Below are positions 49,613 through 58,887 of a stretch of 64,000 nt of DNA, in pieces (the stretch's first letter is position 1; every line of letters begins with the position of its first letter). Under the pieces are notes generated by a model that saw only the letters and a program-made list of their open reading frames with translations, searched no databases and was not told where the DNA came from. Both the position numbers and the translations under genes were made by a program. Source of the stretch: Rickettsiales bacterium (lineage in GTDB: Bacteria > Pseudomonadota > Alphaproteobacteria > Rickettsiales > JABSSG01); assembly GCA_013214525.1 (NCBI GenBank), contig JABSSG010000014.1:169503-233502 (forward strand). Direction: 5' to 3'.

Positions 49613-49800
49613 ATATACTCTTCGTACTTGAACATTCCTATTTTTAAGCATGCCCTTGCGAAGGCAGGGGGTTGAAAATAAAGCTGCTATCTTCGCTTAA
49701 AAATACCTCAAATATCGCCAATATTCTTGGATTTTTAAGCTTGATATCATCTCTATTTTCTTTCTTAAAATATCGTAATCTTCAAGTACGAGGAGTATAT
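49613..49800 (+). mobile_element. MITE-like element, family 1, carrying a nested GC-rich hairpin
   Basis: Arms atatactcttcgtacttgaa and ttcaagtacgaggagtatat; extra sequence at 49649-49671. Confidence 0.88.
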
Positions 49801-49812
49801 TTCCTGAATATT

Positions 49813-51174
49813 TTATAAAATAAATTTTGATAAATCTATTTGTGTAGTAAGTTTGCTTAGATGTTTGGTTACATAATTTTTATCTATTTTCAGTTCTTTT
49901 AGATCGCAATCTGAAGCTGTAAAACTGATTTCTTCAAGTAGTTTTTCTATGAGAGTATGTAATCTCCGTGCACCTATATTTTCTACTTCTTTATTAATGG
50001 TGATAGCAATTTCTGCTATTTGTTCTATTGCATCATCTGTAAATTTTAGATTTACTCCTTCAGTTGAAATCAAAGCTGTATATTGCTTAATTAAGCTAGC
50101 TTCTGGTTCTTTCAGTATCCTAACCATATCATTTTTTTCTAAGTCAGATAATTCAACTCGTATTGGTAGTCTACCTTGTAATTCTGGTAATAAATCAGAT
50201 GGTTTTGCTATATGAAAAGCACCTGATGCTATAAATAAAATATGTTCAGTATTTATCGATCCATATTTAGTTGAAACAGTAGTGCCTTCAATTAATGGCA
50301 ACAAATCTCTTTGCACGCCTTCTCTACTTACATCACCCCCTTTTGTGTTTACATTGGATGCTATTTTGTCAATTTCATCTAAAAACACTATGCCATCTTT
50401 TTCTACTAATTCTTTTGCATCGAAAATTATAACTTCTTCATCGATAAGTTTTTCTATTTCTTCTTCAAAAAGAATTTCACGAGCTTCTTTTACAGTTAGT
50501 TTTTTCTTTTTTGTACGATCTCCTGACCCGAGAGCTTTGCCTAACATCTCTCCAAGATTGACTATTCCCATTTGTCCTCCTTGTGAACCAGGAATGTCTA
50601 TCATAGGGCTTAGTTTTTTAGTTTCTCGCACCTTAATTTCTATTTCCTTTTTATCTAACTCGCCTTCTTGAAGCATTTTTTTGAATTTTTCTTTTGTTTC
50701 AGTAGTTGATGTTTGACCAACAAGGACTTCTATGATTCTTTCTTCTACGTTAGCTTTTGCTTTTGCATGATTTGCTCTTCTACTTTTTGTTTTGAGCATG
50801 TTTACAGCAATATCCATTAGGTCTCTTACGATAGAATCAACATCTCGTCCTACATATCCTACCTCAGTAAATTTAGTTGCTTCTATTTTTATAAAGGGAG
50901 CTTCTGCAAGTTTTGCTAATCTACGGGCAATTTCTGTTTTACCCACACCAGTTGGTCCTATCATTAACATGTTTTTAGGAACGATCTCATCTCTTAAAGA
51001 GTCCTCCTCTACGGCTTTGCGTCTATAGCGATTTCTTAATGCAATTGCTACTGCTTTTTTTGCTAAATTTTGGCCTATAATAAATCTGTCTAATTCTGCT
51101 ACTATTTGTTTTGGGGTGAGAGCATTTTTTAATATTCGTTTGGCTTTTAAATTTAAATTTTTTTTGTTTTTCAT
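49813..51174 (-). CDS. hslU: ATP-dependent protease ATPase subunit HslU
   Basis: [53 protein letters not shown]. Confidence 0.98.
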   Translation of the reverse strand: MKNKKNLNLKAKRILKNALTPKQIVAELDRFIIGQNLAKKAVAIALRNRYRRKAVEEDSLRDEIVPKNMLMIGPTGVGKTEIARRLAKLAEAPFIKIEATKFTEVGYVGRDVDSIVRDLMDIAVNMLKTKSRRANHAKAKANVEERIIEVLVGQTSTTETKEKFKKMLQEGELDKKEIEIKVRETKKLSPMIDIPGSQGGQMGIVNLGEMLGKALGSGDRTKKKKLTVKEAREILFEEEIEKLIDEEVIIFDAKELVEKDGIVFLDEIDKIASNVNTKGGDVSREGVQRDLLPLIEGTTVSTKYGSINTEHILFIASGAFHIAKPSDLLPELQGRLPIRVELSDLEKNDMVRILKEPEASLIKQYTALISTEGVNLKFTDDAIEQIAEIAITINKEVENIGARRLHTLIEKLLEEISFTASDCDLKELKIDKNYVTKHLSKLTTQIDLSKFIL

Positions 51175-51184
51175 GATTATAATT

Positions 51185-51718
51185 TTACTTTATAGTTTCA
51201 ATAGTTAGGGAATGGTTTGAAAAAACACATATATCAGCAGCAATAGACATAGCAGTTTTTACGATTTTTTCAACATCATAGTCTTTAACATTGATTAGGG
51301 CTTTAGCTGCTGCTCTTGCAAAATTTCCTCCAGATCCTATTGCAGCTATACCATCTTCAGGTTCTATTACATCTCCGTTACCACTTAATATAAATAGAGA
51401 ATTTTTATCTGTAACAATCATCATTGCTTCAAGTTTACGTAAATATTTATCTGTTCGCCAATCTTTTGCGAGTTCTACACATGCTCTTGGTAGTTGTAAT
51501 TTATAATGTTCTAATTTGGCTTCTAATCTTTCATATAGAGTTAATGCATCAGCAGTAGAACCAGCAAATCCAGCTATAATTTTTCCTTGAGCGATGGTTC
51601 TAATTTTTTTGGCTGATGATTTAATAACAGTCGGCCCTAAAGATATCTGTCCATCAGAAGCAATTGCAACTTTTTTTTCTTTTTTTACTGCTAGAATTGT
51701 TGTGCCGTGTAAATCCAT
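51185..51718 (-). CDS. hslV: ATP-dependent protease subunit HslV
   Basis: [32 protein letters not shown]. Confidence 0.98.
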   Translation of the reverse strand: MDLHGTTILAVKKEKKVAIASDGQISLGPTVIKSSAKKIRTIAQGKIIAGFAGSTADALTLYERLEAKLEHYKLQLPRACVELAKDWRTDKYLRKLEAMMIVTDKNSLFILSGNGDVIEPEDGIAAIGSGGNFARAAAKALINVKDYDVEKIVKTAMSIAADICVFSNHSLTIETIK

Positions 51719-51762
51719 AATTTCTTGTTTGTTTTTTTAATAAATGTAAATAGGATATAGAA

Positions 51763-51800
51763 TATAAACCCTAATATTCTAATCCATCATTAGGGTTATA
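51763..51800. repeat. Internally deleted family-2 element
   Basis: tataaaccctaat...ctaatccatcattagggttata; right end parallels 13861-13882. Confidence 0.55.
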
Positions 51801-51832
51801 AGTTATTTTAATTCAAATACTAGGATAAAAAA

Positions 51833-52210
51833 ATGAAATTCTATTCGGTATATAAAAAATCTAATGATCCAATGGAAAAATCTATTTTAGTGAAAAGGGG
51901 TTTTTCTTGGGGAAATTTTTTCTTTGGAATATTATGGGCATTATATAAAAAGCTTTGGGATTTAGCATTGGTATATACATTATTTATGCTAATAGCTAAA
52001 TTAGTGGTTTCATTTTATCCAAATTTGACTTTTTACGTAACTACTATTTCTATAGCACTTCAGGTGATAATTTCTTTTTACGTTCATAGGTTGTTAGAAG
52101 TAAAACTTATAAGTCAAGGTTATCAAAAAATAGATTTTATTGCTGGTGATACTAAGGAGCTTGCTTTGTTGAGATTTTTTAGTAATAACTCAGTTAGTAA
52201 AAAAAGTTGA
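51833..52210 (+). CDS. DUF2628-like membrane protein
   Basis: VKRGFSWGNFFFGILWALYKKLW and A.LRFF. Confidence 0.8.
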   Translation: MKFYSVYKKSNDPMEKSILVKRGFSWGNFFFGILWALYKKLWDLALVYTLFMLIAKLVVSFYPNLTFYVTTISIALQVIISFYVHRLLEVKLISQGYQKIDFIAGDTKELALLRFFSNNSVSKKS

Positions 52211-52265
52211 CAATAAATAGATTTCTGTCATATTAAACTAACTGAATTAATTAATATAATACGTT

Positions 52266-52745
52266 GTGTTTCATAAAACATATTCTCTAAAACAAGCAGA
52301 TATTGATAAAAAATGGTTATTAATAGATGCAAAAGATATTGTATTAGGTAGACTTGCAAGTTTAGTAGCAGGGCTTTTGCGAGGCAAGCATAAGCCTAAA
52401 TACACTCCTCATATGGATTGTGGGGACAATGTAATTATTGTTAATGCCAAGCATGTTTGTTTAACTGGTAATAAGTCTGAAATAAATAAAGGGAAAAAAT
52501 ATTATTGGCATACAGGATATCCAGGTGGTATTAAGGAGACAACAGCTAGTAAAATATTAGACTCTAAGCATCCAGAACGTGTGGTTATAAAAGCAATAAA
52601 AAGAATGATTTCTGATAATAAGTTAGCTAGAAAGCAAATGTCTAATCTTTATGTATATGGCGATGCAGAACATAAACATATGGCTCAAAATCCTCAGAAG
52701 TTAGATATAGGTTCACTTAATAGAAAAAATATCAGGGTAAGTTAA
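52266..52745 (+). CDS. rplM: 50S ribosomal protein L13
   Basis: [30 protein letters not shown]. Confidence 0.98.
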   Translation: MFHKTYSLKQADIDKKWLLIDAKDIVLGRLASLVAGLLRGKHKPKYTPHMDCGDNVIIVNAKHVCLTGNKSEINKGKKYYWHTGYPGGIKETTASKILDSKHPERVVIKAIKRMISDNKLARKQMSNLYVYGDAEHKHMAQNPQKLDIGSLNRKNIRVS

Positions 52746-53150
52746 ATGATAGATGTTAAAGTTTCTCAAGATTCTTATGCAACAGGTAGAAGGAAAACTT
52801 CAGTAGCTAGAGTGTGGATTACTCAAGGATCTGGTGAGTTTATAGTTAATAAGCAACCATTTGATAAATATTTTGAAAGAAAAATATCTCAAGCTTTAGT
52901 AAATAAGCCTTTTATTGTGACTCAAACAGAAGGGCTTTATAATGTAAAATGTACTGTGAGCGGTGGAGGGCTTTCAGGTCAAGCAGGTGCATTAGCTCAT
53001 GGTTTAAGTAGAGCAATTGCAAAGCTTGATGAATCCTTTAAACCTATGCTTAAAGCACAAGGTTTGACTACACGAGATAGTCGTGAGGTTGAGCGTAAGA
53101 AACCTGGCTTAAAGAAAGCAAGGAAGAAATTTCAATTTTCTAAGCGTTAA
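52746..53150 (+). CDS. rpsI: 30S ribosomal protein S9
   Basis: ATGRRKTSVARV, GGGLSGQAGA, ERKKPG, QFSKR. Confidence 0.98.
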   Translation: MIDVKVSQDSYATGRRKTSVARVWITQGSGEFIVNKQPFDKYFERKISQALVNKPFIVTQTEGLYNVKCTVSGGGLSGQAGALAHGLSRAIAKLDESFKPMLKAQGLTTRDSREVERKKPGLKKARKKFQFSKR

Positions 53151-53501
53151 TTATTTAAACTTTGAAATACAGTTATGTATTTTGCACTCATATTCTTTAC
53201 AGCATTCTTGAGTGCAAATCTTATGTTGTAAACATTTGATAGCTGACTCTGCTGCAATTTGTGCTAGTTTATCTATTTTAGAACCCATTTTCTTCTCATA
53301 GATTTTTTTTATTTTTTCTTTCATTAAATCTCCCCACGCTTTATTTGCAGCACATTTAATGTGGTTTGTAATTTTGCCATAACAATCATGGCAGCTTGTA
53401 TTACGACAAGTATTGTTTAGGGAATTACAGAAATTTTCCTTAGGTATGCAGCAATTATTGTTATTATTGCAGCAGTAATTATTTCTATTGCATCTTTCCA
53501 T
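53151..53501 (-). CDS. Small Cys-rich hypothetical protein
   Basis: GAGG RBS; 116 aa with Cys/Asn clusters around a helical core (AW.DLMKEKIKK...KIDKLA). Confidence 0.7.
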   Translation of the reverse strand: MERCNRNNYCCNNNNNCCIPKENFCNSLNNTCRNTSCHDCYGKITNHIKCAANKAWGDLMKEKIKKIYEKKMGSKIDKLAQIAAESAIKCLQHKICTQECCKEYECKIHNCISKFK

Positions 53502-53758
53502 GATAAGCCTCGTTGTTTAATTAACATATATCCTCAAGTGTGATGGATGTATACTCCATTATAAAGCAAAGGCGTTAATTAAATATTAAATGATATCAAC
53601 TAATTTAATTAATAATAAATTTTGATTTTTTTATAAAAATTTTAAATCTTTCTGAGCATGAGTTGGGGTTTTAAAAATAGGTAAATTTTTTAGTAGACTA
53701 ATTAAGATAAATAATTATATTGATATACATAGAATAGGGGTTTGGGATATATAAATTT

Positions 53759-53834
53759 GGGTGATTAGCTCAGTTGGTAGAGCACCTCGTTTACACCGAG
53801 ATGGTCGGCAGTTCGAATCTGTCATCACCCACCA
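53759..53834 (+). tRNA. tRNA-Val (TAC)
   Basis: GGGTGATTAGCTCAGTTGGTAGAGC...TTTACAC loop...GTTCGAATC...ATCACCCACCA. Confidence 0.96.
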
Positions 53835-54841
53835 TTTTTTTCTATTTGTTTGGGTGATACAAAATCTGTTGATATGGATATTGTTTCTGGCTCTAGTTTA
53901 TGAAATAATTTATTCTTATTTTTATAAATTCCCAATTTAAATTTAATTTCATCCAATAAATTATATCTTCTTAATTTTGGGAATATAGGATCAAAATATG
54001 TAGCAGGAAAAACAATGGTTGTTGGTTGTATAGAGTTTTTGATTACAGCTGGAGTTAGTGCAAACATTAGACTTCTATGTGGCATAGGCATTTTTATAGA
54101 TTTTTTTCCTAAGAGTTTACGTAATATCCTTTTTGAAAAGGAATTTTTTCTTGCATAAGTATTTTTATAAATCGACTCTGCTAATTGTAATGTATCATGT
54201 ATGATCTTGTTACTTGGGATGCTTGCTACTACTCGATTAGAAAGAACAGCGGTCTTTGTCCATCTGGAAGGTGGTTCTATGCCAGCAAAGAAGTTATATT
54301 TATGAACTAGTTCATCCATATTTTTTAAGCAATATATATCTGCATCAAGATATATTCCTCCATATTTATATAAAATTAGATATTCTAATATATCTTTTTG
54401 ACCGTTATAGAAGAAATTATGTTCATTGAAAAGCCATTTATATTTAGGGTTAATATTTAAAATATTCTCTATGTCTTTATTTGTCCAAGTGATGAATTGC
54501 CAGTCTGGATGTAATTTTTTACAGCTTTCAACAGCTTTTTTATATTTTTTAGGGAAAGGTCGAGAGCCTATCCATATTCTATGGATAATCTTTGGTATTT
54601 TAGGAGATTTGGAAGCTGTTACTTTAGAAGGTAAGTTAGTGTTATAGAGTTTCCTAAAGACATCTAAGATTTTTTTTGAATTTTCTCCATCGCGTAACAT
54701 AAGGTTATATCTGCCACGTTTTTCTATACCCATAGATTTATCAAAGTCGACTTCTATGATGTTTGTGGCAATACTGGGTTGTATAATAGTTAAACATACT
54801 AGAGTTATTATTAGGAGATTAAATCTTTTCCTTATTATCAT
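53825..54841 (-). CDS. Exported DxD glycosyltransferase (GT32/Och1-like), copy 2
   Basis: Signal peptide, IPKIIHRIWIG, HPDW, LYKYGGIYLDAD. Confidence 0.88.
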   Translation of the reverse strand: MIIRKRFNLLIITLVCLTIIQPSIATNIIEVDFDKSMGIEKRGRYNLMLRDGENSKKILDVFRKLYNTNLPSKVTASKSPKIPKIIHRIWIGSRPFPKKYKKAVESCKKLHPDWQFITWTNKDIENILNINPKYKWLFNEHNFFYNGQKDILEYLILYKYGGIYLDADIYCLKNMDELVHKYNFFAGIEPPSRWTKTAVLSNRVVASIPSNKIIHDTLQLAESIYKNTYARKNSFSKRILRKLLGKKSIKMPMPHRSLMFALTPAVIKNSIQPTTIVFPATYFDPIFPKLRRYNLLDEIKFKLGIYKNKNKLFHKLEPETISISTDFVSPKQIEKNGG

Positions 54842-55856
54842 TTTTTTCTATTTTTGCCATTTTTTCAGGTGATACAAAATCTGTTGATATAGATATTGTT
54901 TCTGGTTCTAGTTTATGAAATAATTTGTTTTTATTTTTATAAATTCCCAATCTAAATTTAATTTCATCCAATAGATCATATCTTCTTAATTTTAGGAATA
55001 TAGGATCAAAATATGTAGCAGGAAATATAATTGTTTCTGGTTGTACACCATTTTTGGCTACAGCTCGTGCTAGTGAACCTAAGAAAGTTCTACATGCATT
55101 AGGCATTTTTATGCTATTACCTTTAAAAATTTTTCGGATATATCTTTTTAATATACTGCTATTTTTTTGTTTATATACTTTCTTATAGTGTGAAGTAGCT
55201 ATTTCTAGGTAGTCTGATATAATCTTATTATTTGGACTAGTCCCTACAACTCTAGTTGTCAGAACAGGAATTTTAGACCATCTAGATGGTGGTTCTACGC
55301 CAGAAAAAAATTTGTATTTATGAACTAGTTCATCCATATTTTTTAAGCAATATATATCTCCATCAAAATATACCCCTCCATATTTATATAAGATAAGAGA
55401 CTCTAATACATCTTTTTGAGCTGGATAGACAACTTTTCGATTTTTATATTCATTGAAAAGCCATTTATATTTAGGGTTAATATTTAAAATATTCTCGATA
55501 TCTTTATTTGTCCAAGTGATGAATTGCCAGTCTGGATGTAATTTTTTACAGCTCTCGACAGCTTTTTCATATTTTTTAGGGAAAGGTCGAGAGCCTATCC
55601 ATATTCTATGGATAATCTTTGGTATTTTAGGGGATTTGGAAGCTGTTACTTTAGAAGGTAAGTTAGTGTTATAGAGTTTCCTAAAGACATCTAAGATTTT
55701 TTTTGAATTTTCTCCATCTCGTAACATTAAATTGTATCTGCCACGTTCTTCTATACCCATAGATTTGTCAAAATCTACTTCTATGATATTTGTTGTTGAA
55801 GCGATACTAGCTTGCATGGTTATCATGCAAGCTATAACATACATTATACGATTCAT
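54819..55856 (-). CDS. Exported DxD glycosyltransferase (GT32/Och1-like), copy 1
   Basis: Signal peptide, IPKIIHRIWIG, LYKYGGVYFDGD. Confidence 0.88.
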   Translation of the reverse strand: MNRIMYVIACMITMQASIASTTNIIEVDFDKSMGIEERGRYNLMLRDGENSKKILDVFRKLYNTNLPSKVTASKSPKIPKIIHRIWIGSRPFPKKYEKAVESCKKLHPDWQFITWTNKDIENILNINPKYKWLFNEYKNRKVVYPAQKDVLESLILYKYGGVYFDGDIYCLKNMDELVHKYKFFSGVEPPSRWSKIPVLTTRVVGTSPNNKIISDYLEIATSHYKKVYKQKNSSILKRYIRKIFKGNSIKMPNACRTFLGSLARAVAKNGVQPETIIFPATYFDPIFLKLRRYDLLDEIKFRLGIYKNKNKLFHKLEPETISISTDFVSPEKMAKIEKNDNKEKI

Positions 55857-55861
55857 TTGCC

Positions 55862-57115
55862 CTAGTTTGTTTTGTTTAAGATACGTAAAACTATGCGGAG
55901 TATAACATATATAACAGCTAGGGAGAATACGTAAAATGCTGGAGCATAATTTAGATCAGTTAAATGGGTTAGATAAATTGATATTGAAGGGGTAAAACCA
56001 CCAAATATTGTTACTCCTAGATTAAAATTTACTCCTACTCCTGAATATCTAACTTCAGGGGGGAATAAATCAGAAAGGAAAACATAGGTAGGGGTTAGTA
56101 TTGCTGAAGTCAATATTGCCATCATCGTTAATCCAGCAAGCACACAAATGTAGTTATGACGTGTAATAAGCATGAATGCTGGTAAGTATAAAATCATTAC
56201 TGTGCCAATAATAACTCTATTGAATTTTCTGTATGTATATTTATCAGAAAAATAACCAAATATTGGAGATAATATAGCAACTAAACCGGATACATATGCT
56301 ACACAGATAAAAGACATATTTGTTGAAAATTCCATAACAGCTTGAAAATATGTAGCTAAGTAGCCTTTATTTATATATGATATGCTTGCAGTAAAGCCAG
56401 CAAATGTTATTACGAGAATCGCTTCTTTAAAGTGATTTCGTATCATATATAACAAAGGGATTCTTGGTTTATTTTCTTTAGGAGTTTTATTAAAACGTTC
56501 AGTTTCAGGTAGTCCTAATCTTAAAAAACCAATTGCTAAGCCACATATACCTCCTATGATGAATGCTAATCTCCAGCTTTCAGTATCTAATCCAATAGTT
56601 GTGTTTATTACTAACCCTACTATTCCTGCTATTAAAGTTCCAGTTACATTAGCTGTAATTAATAAACCTCCTACAATTCCTCTTCTTAAATGAAAGGTAT
56701 TTTCTAGTTCATGTTCAAGTATATATACTGCAGCACCTACCCCTTCTCCTCCAAGAAAAAGACCTTGTAGAAGTCTGAATAATGAGAGTAAAATAGGAGC
56801 GAATATGCCAATATATTTATAGCTTGGCATTAAGCCAATACCAATTGTGACGATGGACATACCTAATATGGTTAAGATAAGAGCAATTTTTCGCCCCATC
56901 TTATCACCAATATGCCCAAAAACTGCTGATCCGAGGGGTCTAGCTATAAAACCTGTACCAAATATTGAAAATGCTAAAAGGATCTGTGTTTCGGGAGCGT
57001 ATTCTGGAAAGAATGTTTTACCAATTTGAATAGCAAATATAGCAAAAATAGTGAACTCATAATACTCAAGAGTATTACCTAAAAGTGAGCTTAACAGTAT
57101 CCGTGCGTACTTCAT
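55862..57115 (-). CDS. MFS transporter, ProP/MHS family
   Basis: GNTLEYYEF, ARPLG...FGHIGDKMGRK, RLLQGL..GGE, LFPPEVRYSG. Confidence 0.93.
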   Translation of the reverse strand: MKYARILLSSLLGNTLEYYEFTIFAIFAIQIGKTFFPEYAPETQILLAFSIFGTGFIARPLGSAVFGHIGDKMGRKIALILTILGMSIVTIGIGLMPSYKYIGIFAPILLSLFRLLQGLFLGGEGVGAAVYILEHELENTFHLRRGIVGGLLITANVTGTLIAGIVGLVINTTIGLDTESWRLAFIIGGICGLAIGFLRLGLPETERFNKTPKENKPRIPLLYMIRNHFKEAILVITFAGFTASISYINKGYLATYFQAVMEFSTNMSFICVAYVSGLVAILSPIFGYFSDKYTYRKFNRVIIGTVMILYLPAFMLITRHNYICVLAGLTMMAILTSAILTPTYVFLSDLFPPEVRYSGVGVNFNLGVTIFGGFTPSISIYLTHLTDLNYAPAFYVFSLAVIYVILRIVLRILNKTN

Positions 57116-57202
57116 TCAAATTTTAAATTTACTTAATATCTAAAGTAATAGGTAGCTTTTTGCAACAAAAATTTTTATTGTAATTAAAAAAAATTTTAAA
57201 AT

Positions 57203-57277
57203 GCACTAACCATGCCTGAAAAACCCTGTTTTTAATTTTGCATTTAAAAAATTAATATATTCATGTATGATTAGTAC
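57203..57277 (+). mobile_element. Internally deleted family-1 element
   Basis: Arms gcactaaccatgcctgaa and ttcatgtatgattagtac; ccctgtttttaa start of the core. Confidence 0.7.
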
Positions 57278-57316
57278 ACTTACTACATAATATTACTATA
57301 AAATATTTTTAATAAT

Positions 57317-58273
57317 ATGGAACTAATATTAGCAATAGATATAATTCGTCATGCAGATAGAACTTCAATTCATTGTATTCCTGGTATTTTTACGAATTCA
57401 GAAAAAAGCAAATTAGGAGAATTAACTCCTAAGGGGAAAGAAGATGCATTAGAGCTGGGTAAAAACTTTAAAAAATACTATATAGAAGAGCATTCTTTAT
57501 TATCTCATTTATATGAGCCAGAAGCTATTATAATTAAATCAAGCGATTTTCAACGCACAAAGGAGACTGCTAAATGTATTATACATGGTATGTATGATTC
57601 TCAATTGGGTTCTGTAAAAATTAGTATTTTACCTAAGCAAGAAGATTTTTTATTTTTAGGATTTTTATATGCTGCTGGGCAAGAAATGAAGGGACTCACA
57701 AGACCACAGCATGATTTTACTGGAAAAGTATCTAAAGATGTGATGCAAGAAATTGGAGTATTGCTGAGAAGAATAAATGACAAGCTTGACACTAAGTTCA
57801 ATGATATAAGTGATGTTGTTAAAATAGCGGATGTAATAAAAACTGATAAAGTGCAAAGAAGATTTTTATTAGAAAAATTAGGTGAAGATATAGTAGCAAG
57901 TATTTTACATCTTACCAAATTAGTTTTTATAGATATTTTCAGGTTGCCAGAAGTAGCACATGCAGGTGCGGGGCTTCTAGTTAGGCAAGTGATAGAGCAA
58001 ATGATAGATAAGAAGCAAAACCAAAAAACACCGTATAAGTATGTGTTATTTTTGGGACATGATATAAATCTATTTGCTGCTATGAGTTTGTTAGATTTTC
58101 CGTTGGGAGATGTGCCGTATCTTGCAAATTTAAGATTTGAATTATTTCAAAAGGATGAGAAAGAATTTTTTGTAAAAGTATTCTGTATAGATGAGTATGC
58201 TAGAATTTGCTCGGAAGAATATTGTCCGTTTGATCAGTTTATTACAATGATTAGTAGTAAGTTAAATAATTGA
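57317..58273 (+). CDS. Histidine acid phosphatase without signal peptide
   Basis: RHADR, GELT.KG, SSDFQRT, GHD and PYLANLRFEL are shared with the array. Confidence 0.88.
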   Translation: MELILAIDIIRHADRTSIHCIPGIFTNSEKSKLGELTPKGKEDALELGKNFKKYYIEEHSLLSHLYEPEAIIIKSSDFQRTKETAKCIIHGMYDSQLGSVKISILPKQEDFLFLGFLYAAGQEMKGLTRPQHDFTGKVSKDVMQEIGVLLRRINDKLDTKFNDISDVVKIADVIKTDKVQRRFLLEKLGEDIVASILHLTKLVFIDIFRLPEVAHAGAGLLVRQVIEQMIDKKQNQKTPYKYVLFLGHDINLFAAMSLLDFPLGDVPYLANLRFELFQKDEKEFFVKVFCIDEYARICSEEYCPFDQFITMISSKLNN

Positions 58274-58345
58274 TTATTAGATATGTATTGACTTTATAAA
58301 GCGGATCAGTAATTCTATTAATTATTAGTTATAAGGCGTTAATAA

Positions 58346-58887
58346 ATGAAAAAAATCTTGTAGTATTTTCAGTTCTTATTTTTGGTCTAACACAGGTTGT
58401 ATCTGCAAAACCAAATAAAACTTTTGAAAAAATAGGTGATTGGGGACAAATTATATTGCCAGTATCAGCTGCGATAATTCCGTATGTGAAAGAAAGTAAT
58501 TATGATGGAGTAAAACAGTTTGCTAAGACTTATGCATCTACTATGGCTGTGACATATGGGTTAAAATATACTATTAATGCAGAACGTCCAAATGGTGGGA
58601 GTCATTCATTTCCTTCAGGGCATTCTTCTTCTGCTTTTGGTGCAGCTTCGTTTTTAGCTCTCAGATACGGCTATAAATATGGTGTGCCAGCTTATTTAGG
58701 AGCTATAGTAGTTGGAGCAAGTAGAATTAATGCAAAAAGGCATCATTTAGCTGATGTAGTTGCTAGTGCAACAATAAGTTTAGTATGTGCAAATATTTTT
58801 ACTACTCGGTATAAAGATGATATCAAAATCAGTGCAGTTCCTATGCAAGGAGGTGGTGGACAATTAAATTTAGAAATTCCTCTTTAG
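58346..58887 (+). CDS. PAP2 phosphatase (LpxE-like); start codon out of frame because of an A7 run
   Basis: K-x6-RP, FPSGH and SR-x5-H-x3-D motifs. The ATG at 58346 has an AAGG RBS and needs one more A to join the signal peptide NLVVFSVLIFGLTQVVSA. Confidence 0.82.

Noticed and set aside
17727-57277. Dispersed repeats as a CRISPR array
   Set aside because: The copies are isolated, lack repeat-spacer periodicity, and no cas genes are present.
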